DNA of 64,000 bases from an uncultured Chloroflexia bacterium (GTDB taxonomy: Bacteria; Chloroflexota; Limnocylindria; Limnocylindrales; CSP1-4). The notes under the pieces are model-generated. The model saw only the letters and a program-made list of their open reading frames with translations, did not search any database and was not told the DNA's origin. Of the stretch, positions 60,720-64,000 are shown one piece after another (position 1 is the stretch's first letter; every line of letters starts with the position of its first letter). The position numbers and the translations under genes were made by a program. The stretch is from assembly GCA_963810725.1 (NCBI GenBank), contig CAWEOO010000008.1:588189-652188 (forward strand), given 5' to 3'.

Positions 60720-61130
60720 TTACGGCGTGACCGTGACGACGCCCTTCATGAAGTCGTGACGTGCGCAGTAGAACGGGTAGGTACCCTCGTCGGTGACGGT
60801 GTATGAGAACTCGACGCCGGTATCGATCTCGCCCGAATCGAAGAGTCCGGAAGGGCTCGCAGGATCGCCGGATGTCACGGTATGGAGGGAGTCCTCATCG
60901 TTGACCCACGTGACCGTCGTCCCGACCGGCACCGTGAGGTCGTCCGGTGCGAAGGCGAAGCCCTTGATGCTGATGGCATCGACCATCCGGCCGTCGGATG
61001 CCGGGCCCGACGCGGCCGGAGTCGGCGCTGTCGTGGGCTCGGCCGTTGCCGCCGGGCTGGCGCATCCGGCGACCGCCATGAACGCGACGAGGGCGAGGCT
61101 CGCTCGAGCGAGCGCGAGGATATGGGGCAT
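60720..61130 (-). CDS. blue (type-1) copper lipoprotein, amicyanin/plastocyanin-like
   Basis: ORF 60720..61130. Lipobox AVAGCA. The cupredoxin has VTWVNDEDSLHTV (His ligand) and the loop YPFYCARHDFMKG (C-x2-H-x2-M). Confidence 0.8.
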   Translation of the reverse strand: MPHILALARASLALVAFMAVAGCASPAATAEPTTAPTPAASGPASDGRMVDAISIKGFAFAPDDLTVPVGTTVTWVNDEDSLHTVTSGDPASPSGLFDSGEIDTGVEFSYTVTDEGTYPFYCARHDFMKGVVTVTP

Positions 61131-61211
61131 CGGGGTCTCCTGAGGGCGGGGTCGTACTCCGCGGATACGCAGCGACGCCCCATCTGGACCGTTCCAACCG
61201 TGCCATCACTC

Positions 61212-61237
61212 GGGACGGATCCGCTCGCTCATTCGTT
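61212..61237 (+). promoter_or_regulatory. candidate ECF-type promoter GGGAC-N17-CGTT upstream of sigma module 4
   Basis: GGGAC is at 61212-61216 and CGTT at 61234-61237. The GTG start at 61247 would make the mRNA nearly leaderless. Confidence 0.3.
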
Positions 61238-61246
61238 GGTATCGGT

Positions 61247-61832
61247 GTGACGACCCTCGCGAGCGCCGCCACGGTGTCCCTGTTTCGCCGCCTGGATGCG
61301 GCGCCGGATGAGCGCGACCTGGTGACATCGGGGCTCGACGCCGAGACCTTCGAACAGGTCTACCGCGACCATTACCGCGACGTCCAGCGGTACGTGCTGC
61401 TGATGGTCGGTCGCCCGGACGACGTCGAGGACATCGTCGGCGACACGTTCCAGCGCGCGTTCACGGCCTGGCGGTCGGGGCGCGGGCCGGCCGGCCGGTC
61501 GCTGCCGTGGCTGCTGCTCATCGCCCGCCGGATCGTGACCGACCGCTGGCGTCGTGCCCGGCTCATCCGATGGCTGCCGCTCGGTGGCAGCGCCGCATCC
61601 GAACCGCGCGACGTGGACGCGGCCACGGAACGCTCGGAGTTCTGGCTGTGGCTCGCGCAGCTGGCGCGGGTGCTCGTCGGACCGGCAGCGAGAGGTCGTT
61701 TACCTGCGCTACCAGCGCGACCTGACAGATGAGGAGATCGGGGAGATCCTCGGGCTGTCCTCGTCCGGGGTCCGATCCCTGCTCGCGCGGGCGATCGCCG
61801 CGCTTCGCCAGCATCCGGAGCTGTGGTCATGA
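61247..61832 (+). pseudogene. ECF sigma-70 factor (module 4), frame break near 61672-61678
   Basis: ORF 61247..61732 gives region 2 (FEQVYRDHYRDVQRYVLLMVGRPDDVEDIVGDTFQRAF) up to FWLWLAQLARVL. Region 4 (DRQREVVYLRYQRDLTDEEIGEILGLSSSGVRSLLARA) is in ORF 61554..61832. Confidence 0.75.
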
Positions 61833-63373
61833 CCATCGATTCGCGCGACGAGCGCATCTGGGCCGGACTGGTCACGCGGCTGGAGGGCGTGGAGGCGCAC
61901 GTCAAGGAGCCGCCGCCGTGGCGCGGCGCCGAGCCCTCGAGGGCCCGGCCGGACCGCGTCGCCCTGGGACCCACGCTCGTCGGGCGAGCAGCCCAGGCAT
62001 CGCGCCGGCCGACGTCGCGCCGCCCGCTAGCGATCGGCGGCGCTGCCCTGGTGTTCGCGCTCATCGCGGTGACGCTCGTGGCAAGACCGACCGGGCCGGA
62101 TCGGTTCGGTGCGTCGCCTCCGGCCTCGTCATCTGGATCCGCACCGCCCTCCGGTTCAGCGGCGAACACGTGGGGTCCACTCGCGGTCATCCCTCCCCAG
62201 GATGGGGCCGACACGGCGCGGGACGAGGGCACGCTGCGCATCACCGACACCTGCGTGACCCTGGAGCGTGCTGGCGAGGTCCAGCTGCTGTTCTGGCCCG
62301 CCGACCGTACGACCTGGGACGGCGTGGCGCGGGCCGTCACCTTCGAGAACTTCGACGGAACCGTGGTAACGGTGAGCGACGGGGACGATGTGGTCCTCGG
62401 CGGCGGCGGGGACAGCGAACTGGAGAGCGGTCGCTCCGCCCAGGAATGGGTCGACAGCATGGAGTGGGTCGCACCGCCGGATCCCTCGTGCCCACTCGAA
62501 TCGCGGTGGGGCGTCGGTGCGGTAGAGCGCGTAGGGGCCGGACCACAGGCCTCCCCGATCGTGACGGAGGCCGAAGCGGGGGGCTTGAAGCTCGTGGCGA
62601 CCTTCGATCGCATGGAGGTCGAGGCCGGTGGCACCGTCACCGTCGCGCTGAGCATCGAGAACACCCGCCCGACCGACGTCGTCTTCGACGAGCCGTGCGA
62701 CGTGCCGGCGATGACCGTCGCGGTGCGCGCTCCGGTCGAGCCGATCGGGCGCGACTGGGATGGGATCGCGGCGGCCTTCAAGTCCTATGCGCTGGAGACG
62801 AGCACGGGAACGCCCATCGAGTCCTCGATCCGCGAACCCCTTCGCACCAACGCCAAGGGTGAGCCGTGCCATGCGACGGCGAGTGAAGCCGGCGTCGGCG
62901 GCACGCTGAAGCTGATCGAAGCGGGAACGACCTACGAGACCTTGCTGACCTGGGCGGCCGAGATCGTGCCCGGCGTCCCTGCGGCCCCAGGTCCTGCACC
63001 CTACACCATCGCGGTCGCCTTCGATCACAAGGAAGCCGGTAACGGCCTGTTCAGCGTCGAGTCGCTCGACGCGACCGGGACGATCACCGTGCTGGAGGGC
63101 GCCCCGAGCGCGATCAGCGCCGGTGAGGCGCTGGACGCCGCTCTTGGCGATCGGGAATTCGCCGCCTGGCTCGAGCAGCAGCCGAAGGACTCGTGGGGGA
63201 ACGCCAACCTGTTCCTGCAGGGCCGGGCGTTCGGTGTCGATGTCCTGCCGGAGGTCCCCTACTGGGACGTCGAGCTGTACCGCGAACCGCGCAACTGGGC
63301 GGTCCTGTACATCGACGCGATGAGCGGCGAGGTCCTGCGCAGCACGTTCTGCGACATCCCGTGCGACCGCTGA
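61829..63373 (+). CDS. single-pass membrane partner of ECF sigma (putative anti-sigma) with large extracytoplasmic domain
   Basis: ORF 61823..63373. ATG 61829 overlaps the sigma stop (ATGA). The TM helix is LAIGGAALVFALIAVTLVA. A Ser/Pro linker leads to a domain of about 400 aa with paired Cys and a PepSY-like end (LYIDAMSGEVL). Confidence 0.55.
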   Translation: MTIDSRDERIWAGLVTRLEGVEAHVKEPPPWRGAEPSRARPDRVALGPTLVGRAAQASRRPTSRRPLAIGGAALVFALIAVTLVARPTGPDRFGASPPASSSGSAPPSGSAANTWGPLAVIPPQDGADTARDEGTLRITDTCVTLERAGEVQLLFWPADRTTWDGVARAVTFENFDGTVVTVSDGDDVVLGGGGDSELESGRSAQEWVDSMEWVAPPDPSCPLESRWGVGAVERVGAGPQASPIVTEAEAGGLKLVATFDRMEVEAGGTVTVALSIENTRPTDVVFDEPCDVPAMTVAVRAPVEPIGRDWDGIAAAFKSYALETSTGTPIESSIREPLRTNAKGEPCHATASEAGVGGTLKLIEAGTTYETLLTWAAEIVPGVPAAPGPAPYTIAVAFDHKEAGNGLFSVESLDATGTITVLEGAPSAISAGEALDAALGDREFAAWLEQQPKDSWGNANLFLQGRAFGVDVLPEVPYWDVELYREPRNWAVLYIDAMSGEVLRSTFCDIPCDR

Positions 63374-63378
63374 TTCCC

Positions 63379-63453
63379 TGGCGAGCCGGGTGGGATTCGA
63401 ACCCACGACACAGGGATTAAAAGTCCCCTGCTCTGCCGCTGAGCTACCGGCCC
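63379..63453 (-). tRNA. tRNA-Lys (UUU)
   Basis: The reverse complement is GGGCCGG-TA-GCTCAGCGGCAGAGC-A-GGGGA-CTTTTAA-TCCCT-GTGTC-GTGGG-TTCGAAT-CCCAC-CCGGCTC-G-CCA. It forms a full cloverleaf with an encoded CCA. Confidence 0.9.
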
Positions 63454-63481
63454 GCGCGAAGCGTACCGCGGAGCCCGGCCC

Positions 63482-64000
63482 TCATGCGGGCGGCGGCACC
63501 TCGGTCGGGAGGGGCTCGCCGCGCACGCCGGCCAGCAGGTTCGCCGCGGCCATCGCGGCCATCTTGCCGCGGGTCGCGCGCGACGCCGACGCGATGTGCG
63601 GGACGATGAGGCAGTTGTCGAGGCCCACGAGCGGGTCGTCCATCGGGATCGGCTCGGGGTCCGTGACGTCCAGGCCGGCCGCCCAGATCACGCCATCGCG
63701 CAACGCGTCGGCGAGCGCGCGCTGGTCCACGACCGGGCCGCGCGACGTGTTGACGAGCACGGCCGTCGGCTTCATCCAGGACAGCGTCTCGGCGTTGATC
63801 AGGTGCCGCGTGACGTCGGACAGGTTCACGTGGAGCGAGACGAAGTCGCTCCGGGCGAGCAGCTCCTCGAGCGGCAGGAACGTCGCCCCGAACGGCTCCG
63901 TGACCTCGCGCGGCAGCTCCTGGACGTCGTGGTACAGGATCTCCATCCCGAAGCCCTGCGCCCGGCGCGCCACGGCCTGGCCGATCCGCCCGAACCCGAC
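63482..64000 (-). CDS. D-isomer-specific 2-hydroxyacid dehydrogenase (glyoxylate/hydroxypyruvate reductase-like), C-terminal part; gene continues beyond the window end
   Basis: ORF 63482..63973 extended to the edge. The NAD motif [14 protein letters not shown] is at the window end. Catalytic-region motifs are [10 protein letters not shown] and PHIASAS. Confidence 0.85.
   Translation of the reverse strand, partial: VGFGRIGQAVARRAQGFGMEILYHDVQELPREVTEPFGATFLPLEELLARSDFVSLHVNLSDVTRHLINAETLSWMKPTAVLVNTSRGPVVDQRALADALRDGVIWAAGLDVTDPEPIPMDDPLVGLDNCLIVPHIASASRATRGKMAAMAAANLLAGVRGEPLPTEVPPPA

Overview
This is a very GC-rich chromosomal segment, probably from an Actinomycetota- or Chloroflexota-like organism, and almost all of it is coding. 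Many genes are linked by 1-4 nt stop/start overlaps (ATGA, GTGA, TGATG).

Housekeeping and metabolic genes I recognise:
- hppD plus a fumarylacetoacetase-family gene, proC, a 7Fe ferredoxin, msrB, a threonine/serine dehydratase, ppc, amt-gltB, and a 2-hydroxyacid dehydrogenase.
- A GAF histidine kinase with an OmpR-type response regulator.
- A PotABCD-like importer, two ABC-2 exporters and two MFS transporters.
- An initiator-type tRNA-Met and tRNA-Lys(UUU).

Five things stand out:
1. An aa3-type cytochrome oxidase operon (ctaG / ctaC-D-E-IV) has an amicyanin-like blue-copper domain fused to subunit II. A second, membrane-anchored cupredoxin paralog and a TlpA-type thioredoxin follow it.
2. 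Three consecutive ECF sigma / membrane-partner modules lie at 30.7-36.5 kb, two of them a diverged tandem duplication. A fourth module sits at 61.2-63.4 kb and a fifth sigma fragment at the window start.
3. That fourth ECF module is divergent from a copper-flavoured lipoprotein cluster: a cupredoxin, an internally duplicated lipoprotein and a His-rich membrane protein.
4. A lipoprotein gene of about 1.2 kb is bracketed by 95-nt imperfect direct repeats. The repeats duplicate the overlapping 3' ends of two convergent genes.
5. Conserved genes, including gltB, carry an unusually high number of reading-frame breaks. These mean either assembly errors or real gene decay.

I found no rRNA, CRISPR array, transposase or integrase. 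All calls come from reading the supplied ORF translations and the DNA by eye; no database search was run.
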